64,000 nt of DNA from Vicinamibacteria bacterium (GCA_963555995.3 OY821641.1:2336001-2400000); one strand, 5' to 3'; counted from the stretch's first letter, positions 49,143 through 59,040 are shown. Notes: generated by a model not told the origin, from the sequence alone. Made by a program: numbers and translations.

Positions 49143-50002
49143 GCGAACCGACGGTCCGGGCCGCGCTCCGCCGGGGTGCGGAGCGGCTCGCCGCCGCCGG
49201 GATCGGGTCACCGGAGTTCGACGCCGGGCTGCTGCTGCGGACCGCCGCGCGTTGGTCCGCCGCTGAGCTGATCGCGCGGACCCGGGACGCTCTCTCTCCC
49301 TCGGTGCGGGATTCGTTCGACGCCCTGATCGCCGAGCGGGCGGCCCGGCGGCCGCTCCAGCACCTCGTGGGCGAAACCGAGTTCTTCGGCCTGACCCTGA
49401 AGGTCGGTCCCGAGGCGCTCATTCCCCGCCCGGACACCGAGACCCTCGTGGAGGCGGCTCTCCTCCGGTTCGAGAGGAGCGGCCCGGCGCCCTACCGGAT
49501 CGCCGACGTGGGGTGCGGAACGGGAGCCATCGCCCTGGCGCTCGCGTCCCGGTTGCCCGCGGCCCGCGTCTTCGCCGTCGAAAACGCTCCCGGAGCGCTC
49601 GAGCTGGCCGCCGCCAACATCCGCAGGTGCAACCTGGGGTCCCGAGTGCGGCTGGTGCGCGGCGACCTGCTGGCGGACTTCGGCTCCGGAACGCTGGACG
49701 GGGTGGTCGCCAACCTGCCCTACATCCCCGACGCGGAGATCGCCGGGCTCGAACCCGAGGTCCGCGAGCACGAGCCCCGGGAGGCTCTCGCCGGGGGTCC
49801 GGACGGCCTGGACCCGCTCCGCCGGCTGGCGCCGATGGCGGCGCGGGCCGTCCGCCCCGGCGGCCGGGTTCTCGTCGAGATCGGCGCCGGCCAACAGGAC
49901 GCCGCGACCGGAATCCTGACGGACGCGGGTCTCGGCCACGTCGAGTCTCTTCCCGACCTCAAGGGCATCCCACGGGTGCTCGCCGCCTCGCTTCCCGCCT
50001 GA
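49139..50002 (+). CDS. prmC: Release factor glutamine methyltransferase (probable CTG start)
   Basis: PLQHLVG, ALIPRPDTE, DVGCGTG, NLPYI, ALAGG.DGL; the PrmC-type N-terminal domain extends back to CTG 49139 overlapping the prfA stop. Confidence 0.88.
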   Translation: MSEPTVRAALRRGAERLAAAGIGSPEFDAGLLLRTAARWSAAELIARTRDALSPSVRDSFDALIAERAARRPLQHLVGETEFFGLTLKVGPEALIPRPDTETLVEAALLRFERSGPAPYRIADVGCGTGAIALALASRLPAARVFAVENAPGALELAAANIRRCNLGSRVRLVRGDLLADFGSGTLDGVVANLPYIPDAEIAGLEPEVREHEPREALAGGPDGLDPLRRLAPMAARAVRPGGRVLVEIGAGQQDAATGILTDAGLGHVESLPDLKGIPRVLAASLPA

Positions 50003-50037
50003 CCGGACCCGCCGCCCGAAGCGGATAGGATCGAACC

Positions 50038-51519
50038 GTGATCTACGTCGTCACCGTTCTCGGCTACCTGGGGCTCCTGGTGTTCATCGCCCTCCGCCGG
50101 GCGCGGAACGTATCCACCCAGGACGACTTCATGGTCGCGGGGCGGTCGGTGCCGTGGCAGGTCCTGGTCGGAACCCTGATCTGCACCTGGATCGGTTCCG
50201 GGAGTCTCTTCGGCGGCGCCGGCCGGGCGTTCCGCGAAGGCTTCTCCGCGCTCTGGATGAGCGCCGGCGCCTGGGTCGGCATCGTGGTGGTCTTTTTCCT
50301 CGCCGCCAGGGTCCGCCGGATCGCGGAATACACCGTTCCCGACCTGCTGGAGCGCCGCTACCACCCGGCGGCGCGGCTCCTCGGGACGACGGCGATCGGC
50401 ATCGCCTACCTCACCATCGCCGGCTACCAGTTCGTGGGGGGCGGACGGCTGCTGGCCATCCTGTTCCCGGGGCTCGACCCCGACGTGGGCATGACCATCG
50501 TCGCGGTGCTGGTGACGGTCTTCGCGGTGAGCGCCGGCATGCTTTCGGTCATCAGCCTCGACGTGGTGAACGGCATCATCATCATCGTCAGCATCCTGAT
50601 CGCGGCGCCGCTCGCCTTCGCCGGGGCCGGAGGCGTCGAGGGACTGACCAGCGTCCTTCCGGAGACCCACTTCACCCTCACGGGCCGGCTCGGCCTCTCG
50701 GCGGCGATCGGGCTCTTCCTGCCCACCATGCTGCTCCTGCTGGGCGAGAGCGGCATGTACCAGAAGTTCTACGCCGCCCGGTCCGGGGCCGCGGCCCGGA
50801 AGGCGGTGCTCGGGATGATCGTGGGGGTGATCCTGATCGAGGTCCTGATCGTCGCCACCGCGGTCTTCGCCGCCGCCGGCTATTGGGACGATCCCACCTT
50901 CCGGACCGCGGGGGGATTCGACGCCCGGGCCACCGAGACGGTGCTCCTCGAGTTCGCCCGCCACCAGCTCCCGGCGTTCGCGGGATGCCTCCTGCTGGCC
51001 GGCGCGGTGGCCATCATCTTCTCCACCGCCACGACCTTCCTGTTGGTCCCCTCCACCGGGATGGCGCGGGACATCTACCAGCGCTTCGTGCGTCCGGACG
51101 CCGACTCCGGGACGGTGATCCGCTTCCAGCGCTTCGCGATGGTGGGCCTCTCGGCGCTGGCGCTCGTCATCACCACCCGCTTCGAGAGCATTCTGGACAT
51201 GGCGCTCTACGCCTACACGATGGTGGGGGCCGCGGTGACCCCCGCCCTGCTGGCGGCGTTCCTCTGGCGGCGGGCCAGCCCGATCGGGGGCGTCATTTCC
51301 ATCTCCGCCGGGATCGTGACCACCCTGATCTTCGGCGTCCTGAACTCCGCCGGGTTCGAGCGGGTCTGGTTCCTTCCGACCGACTACGACTACGTGATCT
51401 ATCCCGCCGCGGTCGCTTCGGTCTCCGGGCTGGTCATCGGCAGCCTGCTCACCGCGCCGGCGCGGCCCGAGCAGGTGGAGCCGTTCACGGGAGGCGGGGA
51501 CGCCGATGCCGGAAGCTGA
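50038..51519 (+). CDS. Sodium:solute symporter (SSS) family protein
   Basis: DFMVAGR, TWIGSGS..G, TVPDLLERRY, YQKFYAA, AIIFST. Confidence 0.88.
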   Translation: MIYVVTVLGYLGLLVFIALRRARNVSTQDDFMVAGRSVPWQVLVGTLICTWIGSGSLFGGAGRAFREGFSALWMSAGAWVGIVVVFFLAARVRRIAEYTVPDLLERRYHPAARLLGTTAIGIAYLTIAGYQFVGGGRLLAILFPGLDPDVGMTIVAVLVTVFAVSAGMLSVISLDVVNGIIIIVSILIAAPLAFAGAGGVEGLTSVLPETHFTLTGRLGLSAAIGLFLPTMLLLLGESGMYQKFYAARSGAAARKAVLGMIVGVILIEVLIVATAVFAAAGYWDDPTFRTAGGFDARATETVLLEFARHQLPAFAGCLLLAGAVAIIFSTATTFLLVPSTGMARDIYQRFVRPDADSGTVIRFQRFAMVGLSALALVITTRFESILDMALYAYTMVGAAVTPALLAAFLWRRASPIGGVISISAGIVTTLIFGVLNSAGFERVWFLPTDYDYVIYPAAVASVSGLVIGSLLTAPARPEQVEPFTGGGDADAGS

Positions 51520-52291
51520 GGTCGGCATCGTCCGCCGCGGCTCCGCCGCGCGGGTCGAGATGCGTTGGCCCGAGAAACGGAACGCCCTGTCGGTCGCCAT
51601 GATGGACCGGCTGGCGGCGGCGCTCCGGGAAGGGGCCGGGGAAGAGGGCGCTCGGGCCATCGTGCTGGCGGGCGCCGGCCCGGCGTTTTCCGCGGGCCAC
51701 TACCTGCCCGAGATGGTGGGGGCGGGCCCGGAGGAGCAGCGCCGCGTCTTCACCGCCTGTTCCGCCCTCATGGACACGATCCGGTCCCTGCCGCTTCCGG
51801 TGATCGCGGAGGTGCGGGGCATCGCCACCGCGGCCGGCTGTCAACTGGTGGCGGCCTGCGACCTCGCGGTGGCCGCGGCAACCGCGCGCTTCGCCACTCC
51901 CGGAGTGCGGATCGGACTCTTCTGCTCCACGCCCATGGTCCCGGTGAGCCGGGCGGTGGGAAGGAAGCGCGCCATGGAGATGCTCCTCACCGGGGACTTC
52001 GTGGACGCAACGACCGCCCTCGAGTGGGGGCTCGTGAACCGGGTGGTCCCGGAAGAACGGCTCGAAGAAGAAAGCCAGGCATTCGCCGAGCGCATCGCCG
52101 AAGCCAGCCCCTTCGTGGTCGCGCTCGGCAAGCGCGCCTTCCACCGCCAGGCCGGCCTCAACGTGGAAGACGCCTATGCCCAGATGTCGGAAGTGATGTG
52201 CGGGAACGCGGTCCAACCCGACGCCCAGGAGGGCATGAAGGCCTTCCTCGAGAAGCGCCAACCACGCTGGACGCAGAGCGCCGGTTCCTGA
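51506..52291 (+). CDS. Enoyl-CoA hydratase/isomerase family (ECHDC3-like)
   Basis: KRNALS, AFSAGH.L, ATAAGCQLVAACDL, FATPGV.IGLFCSTP, AFLEKR. Confidence 0.88.
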   Translation: MPEAEVGIVRRGSAARVEMRWPEKRNALSVAMMDRLAAALREGAGEEGARAIVLAGAGPAFSAGHYLPEMVGAGPEEQRRVFTACSALMDTIRSLPLPVIAEVRGIATAAGCQLVAACDLAVAAATARFATPGVRIGLFCSTPMVPVSRAVGRKRAMEMLLTGDFVDATTALEWGLVNRVVPEERLEEESQAFAERIAEASPFVVALGKRAFHRQAGLNVEDAYAQMSEVMCGNAVQPDAQEGMKAFLEKRQPRWTQSAGS

Positions 52292-52484
52292 CCGGGGCGC
52301 GGTTCCGCCGGGTTGGACCCCCAACCGAAATGGCGGAAACGGCTAGGAACGCTGGCCTCCAGACCGGCACCAGCGGTCGTCCGGGCCGCGGGAAGGGGCA
52401 TCGCTATCCGCCCTTGTGGAAGGGCGTACGGCGATTCCCCGTCCGTTCAGGTTGACGCTGGGGAAAGAGCCATCCCGCGGATCA

Positions 52485-52932
52485 GCGTCGCGCCGTGCGC
52501 GGTGCGGAGCACCGCGCGTGCCGGTCAGAGACCGGCGTTCCAAGCCGGGGACGCCTTCCCACCGATCCGCGGCGCGAGAGGTGGCTCCGTCGCTCGCGCA
52601 GTCGGGAACAACGGCGATCGTCCGTGTGCGTTATGCGAATGACGATCTCGCTCCCTGAGGAGCGGGTGAAGCGGCCGGCGGAACTGTGCCGAGATGAGGG
52701 CATCTCGCGTCCGTAGGCGGGAAGATGTGTTCGGTATGTGGAGGGGACGAGCGATGGAGGGTCTTGTCGCTGAGCGATCCCTCCGGGAGGAGTGGCGCTG
52801 ACTCGAAAGAAGCCGCTGGTCTTCGGAACGGCACGCGGCCCGTAGGGATGCTCGGTCGCATGGCGCACCGGCTTGGAACGCCGGTCTCCAGACCGGCACG
52901 CGCTGCGCTCCGCGCAGCGCACGGCGCGGCGC
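52485..52932. repeat. Inverted pair of about 65-bp REP-like composite repeats
   Basis: 52485-52548 and 52868-52932 are imperfect reverse complements; a further single REP lies at 52346-52370. Confidence 0.75.
52633..52801 (+). pseudogene. Degraded CopG/RHH (VapB-like) antitoxin
   Basis: MRMTISLPEERVKRPAELCRDEGISRP*, then in another frame EDVFGMWRGRAMEGLVAERSLREEWR*. Confidence 0.6.
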
Positions 52933-52969
52933 CCTCCCGCCACCGGGCGCCAGGGGCCACCTATGCGCT

Positions 52970-53797
52970 TCAGACAGCCCGCCGGCGGAGCCGGTAGGCC
53001 GCGTGGCGGCCGTCATGGTGGAAGCGGGCGACCTCGTATCCCCGATCGAAGAGCCCAACCAGGGCGGTCCGGCTCTTCTCCCGCCAGTCCATCGCAAGCC
53101 CGATGTCCCGCTTCAGGATTTCATTGAAGTCGGCGGGGATCCGGTAGAGGACCTCCCCGTCGCCGCCGGCGGGCGCCGTTTCGTCGCCGCTTACCGGGAG
53201 TCCGTCCCCGCGGAACGCAACGGCGTTGACCGCCGGCAGATCGGGGATTCCCGGAGGCGGAATCAACTCGCCGCGACGGGCGCGTGCCACCCGCTCGGAA
53301 TCGAGCTGCCAGTCCGGTTCCAGGCGGTCGGTCGGCAACCCGCCGTGGAGGGGGCTGTTGCTGTTGCCGTACACGTTCAGGCGGTACACCGACGAGACGC
53401 AGCCGAGGTGGTTGATGTTCAGGTTCCCGTTCCGCGCCTGGAGCGGATCGAAGGTCCAGTTCACGCGCCGGACGCCCTGGGCCAGGACCCGGTCGGCCTG
53501 CGCCCACTTGAGCGCCAGGCCGATGCCGGACCCTTGGTACTCGGGGCGCACCGCGAGCATGTGCGAGTGGTGGAACGGCTCTCCTGCGCCTTGCCCGGGA
53601 AACCCGCACACGAACCCGGCCATCCGTTCGCCGACGAAGGCGCCGGCTGTGATCGCGCCGTAATGGCCCATGACCGCCATGAGCCCCGCCGGGACCACGT
53701 CCAGCTCGATGAAGCCCCAGACCTCCTGCTGGATCGCCTCGCATATCTTCATGTCGTCCATGCCGGCGAGGTCGCGGATCGAGAAGTCCTGGGGCAC
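52970..53797 (-). CDS. GNAT-family acyltransferase (N-succinyltransferase-like family)
   Basis: IQQEVWG, HSHMLAV.PEYQG.GIG..LKWAQ, WTFDPLQARN..LN..LG, TDRL..W. Confidence 0.8.
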   Translation of the reverse strand: MPQDFSIRDLAGMDDMKICEAIQQEVWGFIELDVVPAGLMAVMGHYGAITAGAFVGERMAGFVCGFPGQGAGEPFHHSHMLAVRPEYQGSGIGLALKWAQADRVLAQGVRRVNWTFDPLQARNGNLNINHLGCVSSVYRLNVYGNSNSPLHGGLPTDRLEPDWQLDSERVARARRGELIPPPGIPDLPAVNAVAFRGDGLPVSGDETAPAGGDGEVLYRIPADFNEILKRDIGLAMDWREKSRTALVGLFDRGYEVARFHHDGRHAAYRLRRRAV

Positions 53798-53917
53798 GTC
53801 GCTACCGAGAGGGCGGCAAGTGTAAGGAAGCGCACCCCCGGACGCGCCCCGGAAATCCCGCGCGCAGCCCACGTCTCCACGCCCGGAAACGGGACGCCAC
53901 ACTAGAATCCCGGCCCG

Positions 53918-54448
53918 TTGACCGACCTCCTCCGAGGGCGCCGTCCCCAACTGTTCGCCCTCTTCGCGGGGGTCCTGATCGCCGACCGCGTCACCAAGAT
54001 CCTCGCCGAGCGGTCGCTCTCGATGGGGAGCCCGGTGGAGGTGATCCCCGGGTTCTTCCAGCTCACGCTGGTCCACAACACCGGGATGGCCTTCGGACTA
54101 CTCGGGAGCGCCTCGATTCCGGGGAAGGCGTGGCTGCTGACCGCCGTTTCGACGGGACTCCTCGTCGCGATCGTCTGGTTCGCGTGGCGCGCCGGACCGC
54201 TGACCACCATGACCACCGTCGGGATCGTCGCGATGCTGTCGGGCGCCGTCGGCAACATCCTCGACCGGGTCCTCTACGGATACGTGGTGGACTTCTTCGA
54301 CTTCTACGCCGGCAGCGCCCACTGGCCCGCCTTCAACATCGCGGACGCGATGATCTGCACCGGGGTCGGCCTGCTCGTGCTGGAGAGCGTCCGGGACCTG
54401 CGGCGGGAAGCCCGCGCGGCGGCTCAGGAAGACCCGAGCGGGGGCTGA
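53918..54448 (+). CDS. lspA: Lipoprotein signal peptidase II
   Basis: DRVTK, NTGMAFG, GAVGNILDR, VVDF, WPAFNIAD. Confidence 0.93.
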   Translation: MTDLLRGRRPQLFALFAGVLIADRVTKILAERSLSMGSPVEVIPGFFQLTLVHNTGMAFGLLGSASIPGKAWLLTAVSTGLLVAIVWFAWRAGPLTTMTTVGIVAMLSGAVGNILDRVLYGYVVDFFDFYAGSAHWPAFNIADAMICTGVGLLVLESVRDLRREARAAAQEDPSGG

Positions 54449-54451
54449 TTC

Positions 54452-55243
54452 GTGTTCCCCCGGCTCGCGGACTTCGGTTCGTTCGAACTCTTCGGACGGA
54501 CCTTCCACCCCATCCTCCACACCTACGGCATCCTCATGTTCGCCGGGTTCATCGGCGGGCTCTACGTGGCGGCGAAACGCGCGCCGCGCTACGGCATCCA
54601 GCCGCAGCACATCTACGACCTCGGGCTCTACCTGGTGATCGGGGCGCTGGTCGGCGCCAAGGTGCTGCTGATCCTGCTGGACCCGGCGCGGTTCCTGGCG
54701 AATCCCGGCGGTTTCATCACGGCCGGGGGCGTCTTCTTCGGCGGCCTGCTGGGAGCGGTCGGCGCCACCATCTGGTTCTTCCGGAAGCGCGGGATTCCGG
54801 TCTGGCACGGCGGCGACCTGATGGCGCCCTCGATCGCGCTCGGACACGGGATCGGCCGCCTCGGGTGCTTTGCCGCCGGGTGCTGCTACGGGACCCCGGC
54901 CGAGGGTCTGCCGGCGATCACTTTCACCGACGTCTACGCCAATTCGGTCACCGGGGTGCCGCTGAACGTCGCCCTCCACCCGACCCAGCTCTACGAGGCG
55001 GGTCTCGAATTCGCGCTCTTCTTCTTCCTGCTGTGGCTCGCGCCGCGCCGCAGGTTCGCCGGCCAGCTCTTCCTGACCTGGGCCATCGTCTATCCGGTGT
55101 CCCGGTTCGTCATCGAGTTCCTCCGCGGCGACCCGCGCGGGTTCGTGCTGGACGGGCTGCTTTCCACCTCGCAGTTCGTCGGCATCTGGATCGTCGCCGC
55201 GGCGGTGATCTCGCTTCTTGTCCTCAGAAGACGCGCCGCCTGA
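54452..55243 (+). CDS. lgt: Prolipoprotein diacylglyceryl transferase
   Basis: TYG, GGVFFGG, GRLGCF..GCCYG, HPTQLYE, RFVIEFLRGD. Confidence 0.9.
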   Translation: MFPRLADFGSFELFGRTFHPILHTYGILMFAGFIGGLYVAAKRAPRYGIQPQHIYDLGLYLVIGALVGAKVLLILLDPARFLANPGGFITAGGVFFGGLLGAVGATIWFFRKRGIPVWHGGDLMAPSIALGHGIGRLGCFAAGCCYGTPAEGLPAITFTDVYANSVTGVPLNVALHPTQLYEAGLEFALFFFLLWLAPRRRFAGQLFLTWAIVYPVSRFVIEFLRGDPRGFVLDGLLSTSQFVGIWIVAAAVISLLVLRRRAA

Positions 55244-56240
55244 GTCGCCAGGCGACGGCGGCGAGACGCATCTCGAGTTCGAGGTCGGCGCGGCCGAGGA
55301 CGGCCGGCGCCTCGACCTGATCGCTGCGGAGCTCCTCCCGGACATCAGCCGCAGCGAGGCGGCGCGCTGGGTGGAGGCGGGTCTCGTCCTCCTCGACGGG
55401 CGGGTTCGCCGTCCCGGTCACCGCTGCCGCCCGGGGCAGCGCGTGCGCGTCAGGGCCCCGGGCGACGGCCGCGCCCCACTTTTCGGCGCCCCCGGCGAGA
55501 ACGACCCCCTGTCCCCGGAACCGATGCCGCTCGACGTTCTCCACGAGGATGCGTGGCTGGTCGTGATCGCCAAACCGGCGGGGCTGGTGGTGCACCCGGG
55601 GCCCGGTCACCGGGCGGGGACCCTCGCGAACGGGCTGATCCACCGATACCCGGAGATCGCGCGCGTCGGTCCTCCGGGGCGGCCGGGACTGGTCCATCGC
55701 CTGGACCGGGGCACGAGCGGCGTGCTGGTCGCCGCCCGCACCGAGCCCGCGCGGCTGCGGCTCGCCGAGGCCTTCGCCGAGCGGCAGGTGGAGAAGCAGT
55801 ACCTGGCCCTCGTGATGGGCCGGTTCGGGGAACACCGCCGAATGAACGAACCCATCGGGCGCGACCCGAAGCACGGGCAGCGCTACCGCTGCCGGGGCCG
55901 GCACGCGCGGGCGGCGGAAACCGAAGCCTGGCCCCTCGAAGAGCTGCCGCTCACGACCTTCGTCGGTATCCGCCTCCACACCGGCCGCACCCACCAGGCC
56001 CGCGTCCACCTGGCCCACACCGGCCATCCGATCGCGGGCGACGTGATGTACGGCCCGGGAGCCCCACGCCGCGGCGGCGGCCAGGCGGGCGCGGCGCTCC
56101 GCCGCCTCGAACGCCCGGCGCTGCACGCGGCCGAGATCGCCTTCGCGCATCCGGGAACCGAGAACCCGGTCCGGTTCGCGGCGCCGCTCGCCGAGGACCT
56201 GGAGAGGACGCTCGCGGCGCTGCGCTCGGCAACCGCCTGA
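55218..56240 (+). CDS. rluD: RluA/RluD family pseudouridine synthase
   Basis: S4 domain RLD...SRS, KPAGLVVHP, VHRLDRGTSG, TGRTHQ, LHA. Start uncertain. Confidence 0.85.
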   Translation: MSSEDAPPESPGDGGETHLEFEVGAAEDGRRLDLIAAELLPDISRSEAARWVEAGLVLLDGRVRRPGHRCRPGQRVRVRAPGDGRAPLFGAPGENDPLSPEPMPLDVLHEDAWLVVIAKPAGLVVHPGPGHRAGTLANGLIHRYPEIARVGPPGRPGLVHRLDRGTSGVLVAARTEPARLRLAEAFAERQVEKQYLALVMGRFGEHRRMNEPIGRDPKHGQRYRCRGRHARAAETEAWPLEELPLTTFVGIRLHTGRTHQARVHLAHTGHPIAGDVMYGPGAPRRGGGQAGAALRRLERPALHAAEIAFAHPGTENPVRFAAPLAEDLERTLAALRSATA

Positions 56241-56289
56241 ACCGCCCGTTCGGTCTCCTGATCGCATAGGATTCGCGCGGTCAGCCGGA

Positions 56290-56823
56290 ATGAACACGGT
56301 TCTCGGAAACGAGGGGTTCCGGGCAGCGCTATTCCGGCTCGGGGACCTGGTGGCGGCCCGGGCGCCGGATCCACTGGCCATTCTGGGCATCCGCCGCCGG
56401 GGGGTGCCGCTCGCGGCGCGCATCCGCCGGCATCTCGAGAGCGCCGGCCGCCGGGACATCCCGGTCGGGGAACTGGACATCAACCTCTACCGGGACGATG
56501 TCCACGACCGGGGCATCCCCCGCATCGGCGAGACGCGCATCCCGTTCGCCCTCGAGGAGCATCACATCCTGCTGGTGGACGACGTCCTCTTCACCGGCCG
56601 GACGGTCCGGGCGGCGCTCACCGCGCTCAGCAACTTCGGGCGACCGCGGAGCGTCCGGCTGGCGGTCATGGTGGACCGGGGCGGGCGGGAGCTGCCCATC
56701 GCCGCCGACTTCGTGGGTCTGCGTGTCGAGGCGGGTGACGCGGACATGGTTCGGGTCCGGGTCGAAGAGGAGGACGGTGAGGACGGGGTCGTCATGCTGC
56801 CCCGCGGAGAGGCCGCGGCATGA
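56290..56823 (+). CDS. pyrR: Bifunctional pyr operon regulator/UPRTase PyrR
   Basis: GIRRRG, LDINLYRDD, VDDVLFTGRT, DRGGRELPI. Confidence 0.92.
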   Translation: MNTVLGNEGFRAALFRLGDLVAARAPDPLAILGIRRRGVPLAARIRRHLESAGRRDIPVGELDINLYRDDVHDRGIPRIGETRIPFALEEHHILLVDDVLFTGRTVRAALTALSNFGRPRSVRLAVMVDRGGRELPIAADFVGLRVEAGDADMVRVRVEEEDGEDGVVMLPRGEAAA

Positions 56824-57752
56824 GACACCTGCTGGGCATCCGCAGCCTCACCCCCGAGGAGGCGCTCGGGATCCTGGACGAGGCGCCCCGCTACCAGGAC
56901 GTGGCCGACCAGCCGGTGCCGCGGGTTCCGGTCCTTGTCGGGCGGACGGTGACCCACCTCTTCATGGAGCCCTCGACGCGCACCCAGGCGTCGTTCCAGC
57001 TCGCCGCCAAGCGGCTCTCGGCGGAACCTCTCTCCTTCGTTCCCAAGTCCTCCTCGCTGACCAAGCGGGAGACTTTCCTGGACACCGCCCGCACGCTCGC
57101 TTCGATGGCGCCCGACATCGTGGTGGTCCGGAGCGCGGAGTCGGGGGCCCCCCACGTACTGGCGCGGGAGATTCCCACGGCGCAGGTCATCAACGCGGGT
57201 GACGGGATCAGCGAGCATCCCACCCAGGCGCTGCTCGACGCGTTCACCATCCGGAAGCACCTCGGACGCATCGCGGGCGTGCGGGTGACGATCATCGGCG
57301 ACCTGCTGCACAGCCGGGTGTTCCGGTCGAATGCCCGCCTCCTGACGATGCTGGGCGCCGAGGTGCGCTGCTGCGGGCCGCCGACGCTCGTCCCCCCCGG
57401 ACTCGGCCGGCTGGGGGTCCGGCCACTGCTCCACGTGGAGGAAGCCCTCGAAGGCGCCGAGGCGGTCATGGTGCTCCGCATCCAGCACGAGCGGATGCAC
57501 GCCTCCTTCATCCCCACCGAACGCGAGTACTACCGCGAGTTCGGCCTCACCGGCGAGCGCCTCGCCCGGACCGATGACGCCATCGTGCTGCATCCGGGCC
57601 CCCTCAACCGGGGCGTCGAGATCTCCTCGGAGGTGGCGGACGGACCCCGATCGGTGATTCTGGACCAGGTGCGGAACGGGGTCGCCGTCCGGATGGCGGT
57701 ACTCGCGGAGATCGCCCGCAGCAGTCCCAGGAGTCACCGGACCGATGGCTGA
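56820..57752 (+). CDS. pyrB: Aspartate carbamoyltransferase catalytic subunit
   Basis: EPSTRT, INAGDG..EHPTQALLD, HSRV, LRIQ.ER, HPGP.NRG. Confidence 0.93.
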   Translation: MRHLLGIRSLTPEEALGILDEAPRYQDVADQPVPRVPVLVGRTVTHLFMEPSTRTQASFQLAAKRLSAEPLSFVPKSSSLTKRETFLDTARTLASMAPDIVVVRSAESGAPHVLAREIPTAQVINAGDGISEHPTQALLDAFTIRKHLGRIAGVRVTIIGDLLHSRVFRSNARLLTMLGAEVRCCGPPTLVPPGLGRLGVRPLLHVEEALEGAEAVMVLRIQHERMHASFIPTEREYYREFGLTGERLARTDDAIVLHPGPLNRGVEISSEVADGPRSVILDQVRNGVAVRMAVLAEIARSSPRSHRTDG

Positions 57753-59040
57753 ACGGCCGGTGGTCCTCCGCAGGGCCCGCGTCGTTGATCCGGCGGGCGA
57801 AATCGACGCCGTCCGGGATCTTCGCCTCGCGGAAGGACGGATCGCCGCCGTCGGCGAGGATCTCGCCGAACCCGGCGACCGGATCGTGGACGTGGACGGA
57901 CTGGTGGCGGCGCCCGGCTTCTGCGACATGCACGTCCACTTCCGCGAGCCGGGTCTCGAATACAAGGAGACGGTGGCGAGCGGGGCCGCCGCCGCAGTCG
58001 CCGGCGGGTTCACTGCGGTGGCCTGCATGGCGAACACCGATCCGGTGAACGACAGCCCTTCGGTGACCGCCCACATCCGCCAGTTGGCGGAGCAGGCCGG
58101 CCTCGCGCGGGTGCACCCGATCGCCGCCACCACGCAGGGGATGGCCGGCGAGCGGATCTCCGAGTTCGGCGCCCTCAAGGAGGCCGGCGCGGTCGCCGTC
58201 TCCGACGATGGGCTCCCGGTGGGCGATCCCGCGGTCATGCGGAAGGCGCTCGAGTATTCGAGGCTCCACGACCTTCCGGTAATCGAACACTGCGAGACCC
58301 TGGAACTGACCGGCGACGGCGCGATGCGCGAGGGCGCCTACGCCGCCTGGATCGGACTCCCGGGAATCCCCGCCGCCTCGGAGTTCATCGCGGTCGAGCG
58401 GAACATCGCCCTCGCCGAGATCACCGACGCCCGTCTCCACATCGCGCACCTCTCGACCGCGCGTTCCGCCGCCGCGGTGCGCCGCGCCAAGGCCGCCGGA
58501 CTGCGAGTCACCGCCGAGGTGACGCCGCACCATCTGGTCCTGACCGAAGAGGCGGTCGGCGACTACGACACCGCGGCCAAGATGAAACCGCCGCTCGCCG
58601 CCGACGCCGACCGCGATGCCCTCCTGACGGCCATCGCCGACGGCACCGCCGACGCCATCGCCACCGACCACGCCCCGCACCACGAAGACGAGAAGAAGCT
58701 CTGTTTCCAGAGCGCGCCGTTCGGGATCGTGGGGCTCGAGACCGCGGTACCGCTCGTCCTCGATCGCCTGGTGGCGTCCGGCGCGGTCTCCCTCGCGCAG
58801 GCGGTCCGGCTGCTCTCCACGGGTCCGCGCCGGATCCTCGGCCTCCCGGGCGGCGACCTCCGGCCCGGAAGTCCCGCGGACATCACCCTGCTCGACCTCG
58901 ACGCCACCGGCACGGTCGCTCCTGAGTCGTTCCGGAGCCGGGGACGGAGCACTCCGTTCGCCGGGCTCTCGCTGAAGGGGCAGGTCGCGGCGACCTGGGT
59001 CGGAGGGCGCGAGGTCTATTCGCGAGATAGCGGCCGGTAA
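57745..59040 (+). CDS. pyrC: Dihydroorotase
   Basis: DMHVHFREPG, SDDG, EHCE, EVTPHH, ATDHAPH. Confidence 0.92.
   Translation: MAERPVVLRRARVVDPAGEIDAVRDLRLAEGRIAAVGEDLAEPGDRIVDVDGLVAAPGFCDMHVHFREPGLEYKETVASGAAAAVAGGFTAVACMANTDPVNDSPSVTAHIRQLAEQAGLARVHPIAATTQGMAGERISEFGALKEAGAVAVSDDGLPVGDPAVMRKALEYSRLHDLPVIEHCETLELTGDGAMREGAYAAWIGLPGIPAASEFIAVERNIALAEITDARLHIAHLSTARSAAAVRRAKAAGLRVTAEVTPHHLVLTEEAVGDYDTAAKMKPPLAADADRDALLTAIADGTADAIATDHAPHHEDEKKLCFQSAPFGIVGLETAVPLVLDRLVASGAVSLAQAVRLLSTGPRRILGLPGGDLRPGSPADITLLDLDATGTVAPESFRSRGRSTPFAGLSLKGQVAATWVGGREVYSRDSGR

Noticed and set aside
54860-54895. Lgt signature GRLGCF..GCCYG instead of GRLGNF.NGE
   Set aside because: A known Lgt variant in several phyla, and in the expected lspA-lgt context; not novel.
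56241-56289. PyrR-binding attenuator upstream of pyrR
   Set aside because: The gap is only about 50 bp, with no AGUCCAGAGAGGC-type loop or U-tract terminator.
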